Positions 12,001-23,071 of a stretch of DNA of 64,000 bases are shown in pieces. Made by a program: the position numbers and the translations under genes. The DNA lies in contig CM074822.1 of the NCBI GenBank assembly GCA_037447605.1, positions 829,492 through 893,491 of the forward strand. The letters run 5' to 3'. Numbering within the stretch: position 1 is the first letter of the stretch; each line of letters starts with the position of its first letter. A model generated the notes under the pieces. That model worked only from the letters and a program-made list of their open reading frames with translations, did no database searches and was not told the DNA's origin. This DNA comes from Zygnema circumcarinatum SAG 698-1b. Lineage: Eukaryota; Plantae; Zygnematophyceae.

Positions 12001-15000
12001 GCCTGCTTTCTATCACCATATAGGAGATTCATACTTGGATTCATGCTCACATTGATGAAAGGGGGAAGCTCATGATTGCCAACCCAAGGATCGAATTGAG
12101 ATGCATTCACATTCATTTGGCCGATCAAGTCGGTCAGATTAAGCGAAGCAGGAATGAGGGTAGATTCCGAGTTGTTGTTGGGAAAACTTGGCAAGCTTGT
12201 ACCATTAATCAGTGGAAAGGTGTTGTTTTTAAAGTCATCGAAATTGCTTTCAGAATCCATGCCTTCTAAAAGGCTTCCTGATATATTCAGTCCCCGCAGA
12301 CGAGAAAAGTTATATGCTTGCAAGACAGAATCGTTGAAAACGAGTGCACCTGCAGAGTCAAAATCAACCTCTTAATCTTTCGGATTCTAATCTCTTTAGC
12401 CAAACTCGCTGAGAAACTGAATTTGTTTTGAAAATGTTCCGAATTCCTTTACTTTATGTGAAAAGGAGGGGCTGATTCGTTCTCTCACCATATCGAGCGG
12501 GAGTGATCGGTAGAGTCTCCAAAAGAATGCGGCTCATTTCAATGCTATCTTTGACCCCGTCAACAAACTGCACATCAATGTATGAAGAATTCAGTTTCGG
12601 AATGTTTTCGGGAGGAATTCCGGCTACGGGCAATGGCCGATTTAATGGCGATATGGGAATTCCTTGACGAAGTTTTGGATGCGGCGCATAAAGCTCCAAA
12701 TCTAAGCGGAGAGAAGGACCGGCGGGGTTTATTTGAAGGGTCAAAATAAGCATCACAAAGGCAATGACCGCCACTGGGAGAAGAATGGAATTCAATAAAG
12801 CCTGCAAAGTCCCAAACCCCACTTTTATATTGCATTTTTCATGTAAACATTGAAGGGTATCTTCTTATTGTAATGCTGTAATGCCTATTCCAACATAAGG
12901 ACACAAGAGAGAGGAGCGAGGAGTGGTGGGTAAAGCAGAGAAGGAGAGGCAAAATGGGAGAGAAAGAAGAAAGGCGAGTGAAGGACGGTGAGAGAGAGTG
13001 GCAGCGGGAGAGCGAGGGTAGGGGAGTGGAGGAGTTGGCGAGGGATGCTGTGAGAGGGGGAGAGGGGGAGTGGGAGAGAGAGGGAGGGGAAGAAGCCTTA
13101 CCTTAATATCACGCCTTGCCACAATAAATCGCTTTCTAAACATCTCCGTCCAAGCTCTGCGAAAACTCCGTTCGGGCAATTTACTACCACCTGCAAATCC
13201 CTCCACTTCTAGAGTTTTCTCTCCTGCTTCATTCCCACCATTCTGCTGAAGAGTATCCTTCTGAGAAATTCCGGGACTCAGCCATGGCCGAAAGCTGAGC
13301 GTAAAGTCCCTAGTTTTTGGGTCCAACTTAGCATCCAAAGGACTACCATTTGGAGGGCTGCTAGGAAGAAGAGGTTCATTTTCAGAAGAAGGAGCTTCAA
13401 TTCCGACTGCAACAAGCCTTTCTTCTGCTTCAGAACTCTCTCTACTTGCCTCCGACTCTGCTGTCTCCGTGTTCTCCGTTCCATTCTCCGTTACAGTGTG
13501 TTTCCATGAAGTTGTTCCGTTTTCAAGATGCAATTCTTCTTTACCACCCGTTGAATGGCTATCTTTCACCACAGGATGGATGGGTGGGACATCCCCTTCT
13601 GCTGCGAGCCTCAAAAAGACTTCTTCTAAAGTGGTCATAGAAACTCCGTACCCTCCAATTCCCAACTCCTCCTGATGCTCTTCTATCTCCCGAAAAAGGT
13701 CCGCAAAGGCAACTCTGTCTGAGAAAGGAAGCTGAAAGGCGAGCTCTCCCGCAGCAGCACTCAGAACTGTGGCAGAAGGGATATGGTGGGTTACAGCCGC
13801 TCTGATAGAAGCTTCATCCCACCAATTGCTGCTTTGAGTCATAGTCAGATTGTAGCCAACCCCATAGCGGGCCTGCATCAACTCAAATGAGAAAACACCC
13901 GTTTCTTACTACAAACTGAGCTTTACGGATAGGAATTGGGGTCTCTCAAAATGGTGTGAGTTCCCTCAAAGCATTGACCCTCGCATTTGTAACTAACTGC
14001 CAATGCAAATGAAAGCATGGAGCAGAGGGATTGCAGCTAGTTTCTGCAAGTGATAGGAACCTGACTTTGAGGAAGAGTGAAGTCCCGCAAGTCCGCAGCC
14101 GACCCTCACTGAGAATGGCGATGCGGTCGCATAGCAGGTCGGCCTCGTCCATGTAATGGGTTGTGAGAACAATGGCTCGGCCCTTCTTGAAGTTTCGGAG
14201 AAGCTCCCACATGGCCCTCCGCGCGTGCGGGTCCATCCCCGAAGTGGGCTCGTCAAGGAACACAACTCGAGAGCCACCCATCACCAAGCATCGCCACCCG
14301 GCAACGCGTTTCACAGGGCTGTCAACTGGGAGAGGGAGGGGGAGGGGGGAGGGAAGAGAGGGAGGGGGGGGAAGGGGACGAGGAGGGAGGCGGGAGGAGA
14401 GGGGAGGTGGAAGGAGGAGAGGGGAAGGGAAGAGAGGGAGGTGGGGAGGAGGAGAGGGGGAAGGTGGAAAAGAGGGAGGTGGGAAGGAGGAGAGGGGGAA
14501 GGTGGAAGAGAGGGAGGTGGGAAGGAGGAGAGGGGGAAGGTGGAAGAGAGAGAGGTGGGAAGGAGGAGAGGGGGAAGGTGGAAGAGAGGGAGGTGGGAAG
14601 GAGGAGAGGGGGAAGGTGGAAGAGAGGGAGGTGGGAAGGAGGAGAGGGGGAAGGTGGAAGAGAGGGAGGTGGGGATGGGGTAGGGGGATGGGGGAGGTGG
14701 AGGACGAAGAAAGCAATACAGTTTTGCATATCCTGTTGGTCCTACTTGCCTTTGACCTTTCTTCTCCTCCGTCTACTGCCCTTCCTCTTCCCTCTCCTCC
14801 TCCCTCTCTGCCTTTCTCTCACATACCTGAAGTTTGCGTTTCATTCCGCCAGAAAGTGCCCCTGCCTCAGTATGCAGCTTATCCTCCAGCTTGAGCTGCT
14901 CCACCATGGCTCGAGCTGCCTCTCCCACTTCCTCTCTCGCCACTCCCTTTATGGCTCCATAAAGCTCGAGATGCTCAAGCACAGTAAGGCGGTTAAAAAG

Positions 15001-18000
15001 GACATTCTGCTGGGGGCACACCCCAATGATCCTGCAAACGAAAGCCCCCTCAATCATTTCATACAGCTATGTCTGAGACCTACCTTCTCTATATAGAACT
15101 ATAAGCAGCAACATAAACAATGTCTTTCAAGAGATCAACACTCCCTCTATCCCAGCCTTTTGTGGGTTAGAACACAACGCACCTTCTAACGGCATCCATG
15201 TTTGCACGGATGCTCCTTCCCCATATGTGGGCATCTCCTTCAGTGGGTCTCAACAGTCCTGTCAGCATAGAAATGGTAGTTGACTTCCCTGCTCCGTTGT
15301 GACCCAACAACCCCGTGATCTGCCCCTCATATACATCGAGACTGAGAGAAGAAACCGCCACCTTTCCTCCTGCAACCCAATACTCCCTCTCCACCGTATC
15401 AATTATGTGACCCCTGCTCATTTTCAGAAAAAAAAAAAAAAAAAAAAAATTCTATTTGCATGCATTTCCGTACACAGAACACTCGAAACATCACTTGCCT
15501 GAATAAATTTTTCGCAAATTTTTAATTTTTACGGCTGCCCGAGGCCCCCCTGAGGCCACAGGTTCTATGTCATCAGACCGCTCTTCTTGCTCTTCCTCCT
15601 CTCCCGCAAGGGAGTGGTAGCGTCCTCCCGCAGTTTCTATGTTGGAATCTCCTCTCCAGTACGCACGTGTGAAAAGAAACCATGGGACCTCTCTTGCACC
15701 GTACTCCGATGGGAGAACTTTGTCAAGATACCTGCCATGTGTCAGCCTCTGTTAATATTAACATTAAGACAGGAAGGAAAAGGAGGGCCTTTTGGTATTA
15801 AAGAGAAACATTGGTTAAAGTTTAATGATTCGGAAGAGGAGCACCTTAGGAGATTAACTAGGTAACAGGCTCACCAATGATAAGTGATTCTTTATGGAGA
15901 AGAGAAGCAGGGTAGGGCGTACCATGCGAGAATGCCGTATATAAAGAAATCGGCAAAGAGGAGAAGCAGAACACGGAGACCGGAGAAGTCGTCATCTCCC
16001 ACATTGGCCCATGTTAAGCCTTCATTTATACCCTCGTATTGACCCAACAGATCGACACCTGAAGGGCAAAATAACAGCCCGACTATACAGTAAGAAAAAG
16101 ATGCAAAATTCAGACAAACGTTGTAATGCGATGCTTCTTCCCTCCCTCCCTCCCTCCCTCCCTCCCTCCCTCCCTCCATTTTGATAAGCTGGGAGGGATC
16201 AAGAATAAGTGAAACTAACCGAAGGTGAAGGCGGTGGGTGGGAGAACAGCAGCAGTGGACTTCCAAGGAATGGCCTGCCCACTGCTTGAACGGAAGAAGA
16301 TGTACCGCGGCATGATGGAGGCAAAGTGCACAAAGGGAGCAACAAAGGCAGCGAGTTTTGCCTTTGTAAAGAACACGGATATGAAGAAACCTGCAGTACA
16401 AGTACAGGGAAAGAAAAGACAAGATTTTGTTCAGACCATCTTTTAGTTTTTCATTGTGTTCTGAAAGAATGGTTTGAGGAATACAGCATAGAAGCACGAA
16501 TAGGAGGGATAGAGCCTACGTACCAAAGGGAATGAGTGAAGTAGTGAAGGCGAGGAAGAAGATGAAGATGAGGGAGGTGCTGCTGTGCTGCAGAAAGGTG
16601 AAGGTGAGGAGCACTGCCACTGATAATGAAACGAGAGAGAAAATGACCTGCAAGTCGACCCACAAAAGCATACGATGAAATTACACATCTCTGCCTTTAC
16701 CAGTCTTACGAAAGGAAAAAAGGGAGAGAGGAGAGGGAGAGGGGAGGAGGAGGGGGGGGGAGGAAAAGATACCAAGTAGGTAAGGAGCCAAGTGAGTGAG
16801 AGCACCCAGGGACGTAGCCCCATAATGAAGAGAGTCTCTCTCGTTCTCGTCTCCTTCTCCTCCACGAGAGCTTTCACCAACATTCCTAAAGGGTAGAGAG
16901 TGCTAAGGCACATGACCAACCCCATGAGGGGGCCCACCTGCTCCCATGCCCATCCTCTCTTGCCTTGTCAGCAAAAAACAAAGATATCACAAAACACAAA
17001 ACTACGTGATTTTCAGTTTCTCCCATTTTCCGTTCGGTCCCGTTCTGAGCTCCCTGCTCCTGAAACAACGTTTCAGACAAAATCAAGAGACTTCAGAGTA
17101 ACGGAACTCACCGCATCATAGAAATGGTTGTGGTTGTATTCTGGAGTAGGAAAGGGCGCACCCCATGTCAGCTCCTCTCCCACAACAGAACTTCCAGACT
17201 TTTCGAGAGCGTACCCATTCACAGCATTCTGCAGATTACCATTTGCAGGAAGGAAATCAGTGAAGTGTCCGTAATACAACAGAGAAACAAAAAGGTCTTC
17301 TTTCAATTAAAAAAAGGCCTAATTTGAGCATCACCTGAAGGCTGAGGAAGCCTGACATGTAGTAGCTCCGGTAGTCGGTAATGAGACCTCGGAACCACTT
17401 ATGAACTGTACGGTAAGTGCGAGGGAGAGTTGTGTAGTTCATACGCAGAGTATAGTCCACAAGCCCTCCTTGAAGGTCAAGGTGCTCCGCCACTACCACT
17501 GCCCATATATTGCTCGAAGAGTCAGCCATGGCTGCATCGACAGCTTCCTGCACGACAAGGAAGAGAGAATGGAAGGAGAGCGTGGGCGAAAGAGAGGGAG
17601 AAAGGGAGAGAGTAAGGAGCTGGGGTGTCACAGGCAAACGACAAAGAGAGAGCGGGAGCAGACGACGGAGAGAGAAGAAGAAAAAAGAGAGAAAGACTAG
17701 GCCTACTTCTTCCGTGTGGAATGTCCCTTGGTAGAACTCGTTAAAGAAGCGATGAGTACGGTTCAAATGGTCCACAAGTTGAGCCACCTCCGAAGTGTTT
17801 GGGGCGAAGGACAACTTCCCCAATACCACAATGTTTCCCAGCGAACGAGAGAATGCCACCTGTAGCCGCCCATGGTCCAATCCGCCCTCCACTTTCCCAC
17901 CTGCAAAATACCCACAATGGTTTCAGCCATCGCCTAGCTACTGCTTTGACTGGTTGAAACTTCAAAATCAGCAAGAAGACCCGCTCTCCCTCTCCCTCCC

Positions 18001-20572
18001 TCCCCCTCCCCTCCCCCTCCCCCTCCCCCTCCCCCTCCCCTCCCTCCCCCTCCCCTCCCCTCCCTCCCCCTCCCCTCCCCCCTCCCCTCCCCTCCCCTCC
18101 CCTCCCCTCCCCCTCCCCCTCCCCTCCCCTCCCTCCCCTCCCCTCCCCCTCCCCTCCCTCCCCCTCCCCCTCCCCTCCCCTCCCCTCCCCTCCCTCCCCC
18201 CCTCCCCTCCCCTCCCCCTCCCCTCCCCTCCCCCTCCCCCTCCCCTCCCCTCCCCTCCCCTCCCCTCCCCTCCCCTCCTCCCCCTCCCCCTCCTCCCCCC
18301 TCCCCCTCCCCCTCCCCTCCCCTCCCCTCCCCCTCCCCTCCCCTCCCCCTCCCCTCCCCTCCCCTCCCCTCCCCTCCCCTCCCCCCTCCACCTCCCCTCC
18401 CCTCCCCTCCCCTCCCCCTCCCCTCCCTCCCCCCTCCCCTCCCCTCCCCCTCCCCCTCCCCTCCCTCCCCTCCCTCCCCTCCCTCCCCTCCCTCCCCCTC
18501 CTCCTCCCCTCCCCTCCTCCCCCCTCCTCCCCTCCTCCCCCTCCCCTCCCCTCCCCCTCCCCTCCCCTCCCCTCCCCCTCCCCCTCCCTCTCCCTCTCCT
18601 CTCCCTCTCCCTCTCTCTCCCTCTCCTCTCCCTCGCCCTCTCCCTCTCCCTCTCCTTCGTCCTTCTCCCTCTCCCTCTAAATGCAAGGTCTGAATCTAAC
18701 TTGAAGATAATTGAACTTTTCTCTCTCTCCACATCTGCCCCCTCCTCCACTCATCTCTCTCGCATTTTTCCATTCTCTCCCAGCCTTCAATAACAGGAAA
18801 AGCACAAGCAACCTTTCAACCCCAACTCCTCCCTTTCCCCCCAAGGCTGCAGCAAGTCGCCTTTCACCTCTGCTCACCACTCCTGAAGTGAAGTCGTAGT
18901 CTATGTACGCGTTATCAGCCTTGTGCTTTAGCCAGCAGCCCGACCAATCAGGAGAGGTGTTGCTGTATGCAAAGGCTGTGCAGCGTTCAGTTGCAAGGCA
19001 GAGTTCGCGGCAATGGCGTACGGATGAAATGTTCTTAAACGGCGAGCCTCGAAGGTCATTGTTCGGAAAATTCATGTGGGGGAAGCTATCGATATCAGAG
19101 TCTGAAAAAGACGAGACCCCCTCCACGCGAACGGTCAAAGGTGATAAAACGCAATTTCAAGGCTTTAAAAGGATTCCTTGCATCATTTTATGTTCTGCAA
19201 AGAAAGAGGTGGAGAGAGGCCTACTGAGAGCGAGAGTGAGCAGCTTATGGGCTGTAACGTAAGCGTCGAAGGAGGGCACTGGAAAGGGACCATTGTATGT
19301 GAGGAGGGTTTCCAATACGAGCTTCCCTGCCTCTGCCAGGTCCACACATTCTGCAAAGGCAGCCCCTAATGCCTGCATTGCAGGGTTTCCCCCGAGCTCC
19401 TGCATTAACCCTGCAATTGCAGCGTCCTGGGTATTGTCTCCTGACGGAGGTTTCAGTGCTCCGCTAAGCAGGGAAGCAAGCAGGCCGGGATGCTTCAATT
19501 GGGCAGAGAGGGCAACAAGCTGGGCGGCTGAGGCCATGGCTCCCGTGTTCGACTGTTCAAGCAATGGAAGGAGGGATCGGTTCAGAAAGGTAAGCAGCAC
19601 AATGCAAACAGCAGGGGGACTCCCTCCCTACTTATCCTCCAGGATTTTTAGCAGCATGTCACTATTTTGCAAAGAAGGTAGCGTGGGACTGCTCCTAAAA
19701 AGCAAACCTGTTGAATCAAAGTCGCCGTCAGGCACTCCGCGATGTATGCCTCCGGATTGTCCAACACAGTCTGAACTCTGTCGAGAATGGGAGAAGTGGA
19801 ATTGGCGTAGCTCGCCGCATCGTAGTGGCTGATGTCACTCATTGACCAGCCGAGCACAAGTAGTGACATCATCACCATCGGGCTGACAATCTCCGTCAGA
19901 GTTTGGCCCCATCCACGGCTCTACATGGAAAAGAAAAAAATACAATTGAATCCACAAGTCCGGACAGCAGGATGACCAGAGAGGCCTGACGATTGCATTA
20001 TAGCATAGGCAGAAATTACAGATGGATTAAAACATAAGAGTTGAGGGTGCAACTCGTGCCTCCGAATGGTCAGAATGCACTAAGCAGATACTTTCTAACA
20101 TTTCTTGGATACAGAAGTTCTTTAAAAAGGAAGGCAATGCAGGAAAACGAGTAGGCCGCCTTGATCAGACAGAGGGAGAGCGGGAGAGAGAGAGCGAGTG
20201 AGAGAGAGAAAGAGAGAGAGGGAGACCCGAACCGACTCTGACAGCCCTAAGTTTGAAAATGAAAAACCAAAAAGCAAAGCTTTAGTTACGCACTTTGATC
20301 AGAAGCTGCCTGCGCCACATGGCACGAATTTGCTGCTGCCAGGTGGCGACCACCGGCAGAGCAAACTCCTCCCTATCCTCCAGACCTGCACCCGGTTCCT
20401 CGCCTCTCCTTCCGCCTTTCCCAAACTCCAGATCGACCTTCGCCATGGAATTCTCCTCTTCCTGATCCCTCTCCCTCTCCCTCTCCCCTTCCCCTTCCCT
20501 CCCTTCCACATCTGACACTCCATCGGTGCTCCTACCCTTCATCTCAATCACTCCTGCACCTGCCTCAGCCAT
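5712..20572 (-). CDS. Full-size ABC transporter subfamily A (TMD1-NBD1-TMD2-NBD2), more than 20 exons
   Basis: NBD1 has [19 protein letters not shown] and [12 protein letters not shown]; NBD2 has [20 protein letters not shown] and [16 protein letters not shown]-typical TTLEEVFL and STLEQVFL are present. Phase-checked exons include 19708-19920, 19225-19552, 18868-19101, 17707-17900 and 5712-6000. Start is 20572 (MAEAGAG), alternatively 20446. Confidence 0.95.
6613..6716. repeat. Perfect 52-bp tandem duplication in an ABCA intron
   Basis: gattgcatttccaatgcttacgatttcgagtgaactactatcgtgcatgcat at 6613-6664 and 6665-6716. Confidence 0.9.
7734..10881. repeat. Apparently identical 1569-bp direct duplication around an N gap (probable assembly artefact)
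   Basis: 7734-9302 repeats at 9313-10881 (offset 1579), with identical ORF translations. The junction is the 10-N gap at 9303-9312. Confidence 0.85.
14398..14665. repeat. Purine-rich minisatellite (~38-bp unit) in an ABCA intron
   Basis: Repeats of ggaggtgggaaggaggagagggggaaggtggaagagag. Confidence 0.8.
17985..18660. repeat. About 670-bp (CCCCT)n-like polypyrimidine tract in an ABCA intron (G-rich on the transcript strand)
   Basis: Almost exclusively C/T with C3-C7 runs. Confidence 0.9.
18868..19101 (-). CDS. ABCA exon encoding a PAN/Apple-like four-Cys module in the first extracellular loop
   Basis: 234-nt phase1-phase1 exon: [77 protein letters not shown]. Confidence 0.75.
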
Positions 20573-21029
20573 CCCCTCTCTCCCCCCCACCACTCTCTCC
20601 CCCTCTCCCTCTCTCCCTCCCTCCCTCCCTGCTCGCCCTCCTCCCTCTCCCTCTCCCTATCCCTATCCCTCTCCCTCTCCTCTCCCTCTCCCTCCCTCCC
20701 TGCTCGCCCTCCTCTCTCTCCCTCTCCCTCCCCCTCCCCCTCCCCCTCCCAATTCCTCTCCCTCACCTCCTCCAGGCCGCCATGGCTCGCCAGCCGTCGG
20801 CTTCCCTCCCCTCAACTCTTGGAAGGGAGCACTGCGCTGCCTAGGCAAGCGTGACGTCATCCACTGGCCACGCACGAGAAAGGAGCTCGTTTTCACCGTC
20901 CGATGTGACACGTCACGTCCTTCCAAGCCTCTGAACGGTCCGATCGCTGCCGCGTGGCAGTGGGCGCCATTTCAAAGGACGGCAGCGACCGATGGCGAAA
21001 GCGCGCAGAGAGTGCGCCCGGACGGGGGT

Positions 21030-21128
21030 GCCACGTGGCGCCACCACGCGCTCGGAAGATACTAAACCATTAGTAGTACGCCACGTGGCGCCTCCAGATA
21101 CTACACTAATAGGAAGGCGCCATGTGGC
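21030..21128. promoter_or_regulatory. G-box cluster upstream of the ABCA gene
   Basis: Perfect GCCACGTGGC at 21030-21039 and 21080-21089, GCCATGTGGC at 21119-21128, and TGACGTCA at 20852-20859. Confidence 0.5.
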
Positions 21129-21397
21129 CTCCATTTTTGGGACCGTACATTTCCCGGTCCCGGTCGTGTCCTCGATCCGGCCCATCCGTACGGATTTTTT
21201 GGAGTCCGAATTCTTGAGGACGGCGAACTCGCCTCTGATTGGACCGGACGATTTGGAAACTCATAAAATTGAGTACTGTCCTGTATTTGTGCTGTACGGT
21301 ACGGTACGGTAATTTACGGACGTCGAGAATCGGGGACTGTGCCGCTACAGTACAGTACTGTAGTACGAAATAACGTACGAAAAGTGCCGTACTGTAC
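21076..21397. promoter_or_regulatory. Second dense GTAC/CCGTAC cluster, upstream of ABCA
   Basis: 13 GTAC in 322 bp, including ctgtacggtacggtacgg and tacagtacagtactgtagtacg. Confidence 0.4.
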
Positions 21398-21562
21398 TAC
21401 AGTGCGGCTCTTTTTGTCGTGCGCCGCACATCGGCGACCTTCGCGGCTGCTTCTAGTGCCGTGTTGTTGGGCCTAGAAGTAGGTTTCCGTTTCGAGGCTT
21501 TCTCTTTGTCTCTTTGTCTCTTATGTCCATATTGTGACCGCTTCTTCTGGTTCCCTATGTCG

Positions 21563-22098
21563 ATTTTATCCATGTACATTTGATGGCCTTGCCATCGTGA
21601 GCTCAGTCAAACATCTCTTTCCTTTTTTTTGTCCGTATGTACCTTAATGGAGAATGATGAAGCCATACGTGGACACCATGACGTGGGCAATGATGCCATG
21701 CCCGGATGGTATGACATGGATATGACGTCATCAACACATGCGAACTATGCGAACATATAGATACAAAAACGGGAATGTGAACGGTGCTCTATGAGGCACA
21801 GAGCAAGATGGCAATTAAACAGTTAAACGGTGAACAGGACAGGACTGTGCCACATACTAACAGTTTTGTTGCTTTTGCTTTTGGGTGTCTTGGCATGGAT
21901 TGCTTCCTGTTTCATTAAGATCAATCCTCCTTTTTGGTCCAAGCATCGACGGTGTCATGAGGCTTTTGAGAGTCCCATGCTTGCTCTCAAGTAACACGAA
22001 GCCAAGTGACTATTACGAGTGTCGATTCCGATCTTTTAATAGTTGAAAATGGCATTGATCTCAAGATGATGAGGCCATCAAATGTACATGGACAAAAG
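21563..22098. mobile_element. Degenerate inverted-repeat-bounded element
   Basis: tccatgtacatttgatggcct near 21569 and its reverse complement near 22073-22093. The right arm also matches 63192-63272. Confidence 0.45.
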
Positions 22099-23071
22099 CA
22101 GCATGTGGAACCACGAGGGACTGGTTACAATGGACCTCAGAAGATGGGTGGTGTGTGATGCAACACGTTGAGTGTTCAAAGTGCAGCAAATAAGATGTAA
22201 ACGTGAACGATGTCAACGTCAACGACAACGTGCACCCAAATAGAGCCACAAATGACACCACAAATAATCCGTTGAATGCCCGTTCTACGTTTCATCCTTA
22301 CGGGAGCGGTCCAACAATGCCAAGAGAATCATAGGGACCGCTCTAAGAAAATCACCTTTCAATTTATCGACCAAAGACAAGAAAAATGCTATACACACAT
22401 AGAAGAGCCTTATCGCCCATCCCCACCTTCACTTCACTTCAAAGGATGCCGAGTTGCCTCAGAGGCTTCCCCCGACTTGTCCCTTCATAGCAGGCCTAGG
22501 CCGGTAATAGGCATTAGGTGCAAGTCCAAACTTCACTGCAGACCCCCACCATCCGGTTGACCATCCTCCCTCTCTCTCTCCCTCCTCCTCCCTTCATCCT
22601 CCTCTCTCGCTCGTTCCTCCCTTCATTGCCTCCCTCCCTACAGTTTTCCTCCTCCCTCTTTCATCCTCCTCCCTTCCCCCCTTCTTCTCCCTCTCTCATC
22701 CCTCCCCCTTTCCCTCCTCCACCTGTAGGACTGCCGTCAGCATATCCATAGCACGCGGACACGAGCATTACGCTCTCGTTACACACGTTTCTTCTTCCAC
22801 AAGTCCGCTAGGAGCTCCTATGGATCCGTGCACTCCATAGGGCTTCAATTTTGGTTCCCCAAAATACAGTCTACTACACTATCTACAGCCCATGACTATG
22901 ATGAAGCCAAGCTCCCGGACAACCATGTACATCAGCTGTGGGAAATGCTTGTGCTCATCTCTGGGAATATGAAGTCAAGGCCCAGCTCCAAATCTGCCAA
23001 GTGTTTCTCTTACTCCTTTGGGCCAGCTACGAAGTCTACTTCTCCCCTAGCTGGCCCTACCTTTTGGTCAA

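Noticed and set aside
14330-14825. GA-rich 5' end and CT-rich 3' end of an intron as an RNA bridge aiding splicing
   Set aside because: It fits this intron, but most other introns in the window carry only one tract type, so there is no general pattern.
17741-18793. Pro-rich extensin-like and Gly/Arg-rich ORFs (also 14156-14894, 51352-51860, 52720-53199)
   Set aside because: They lie inside introns of genes whose flanking exons splice in frame without them.
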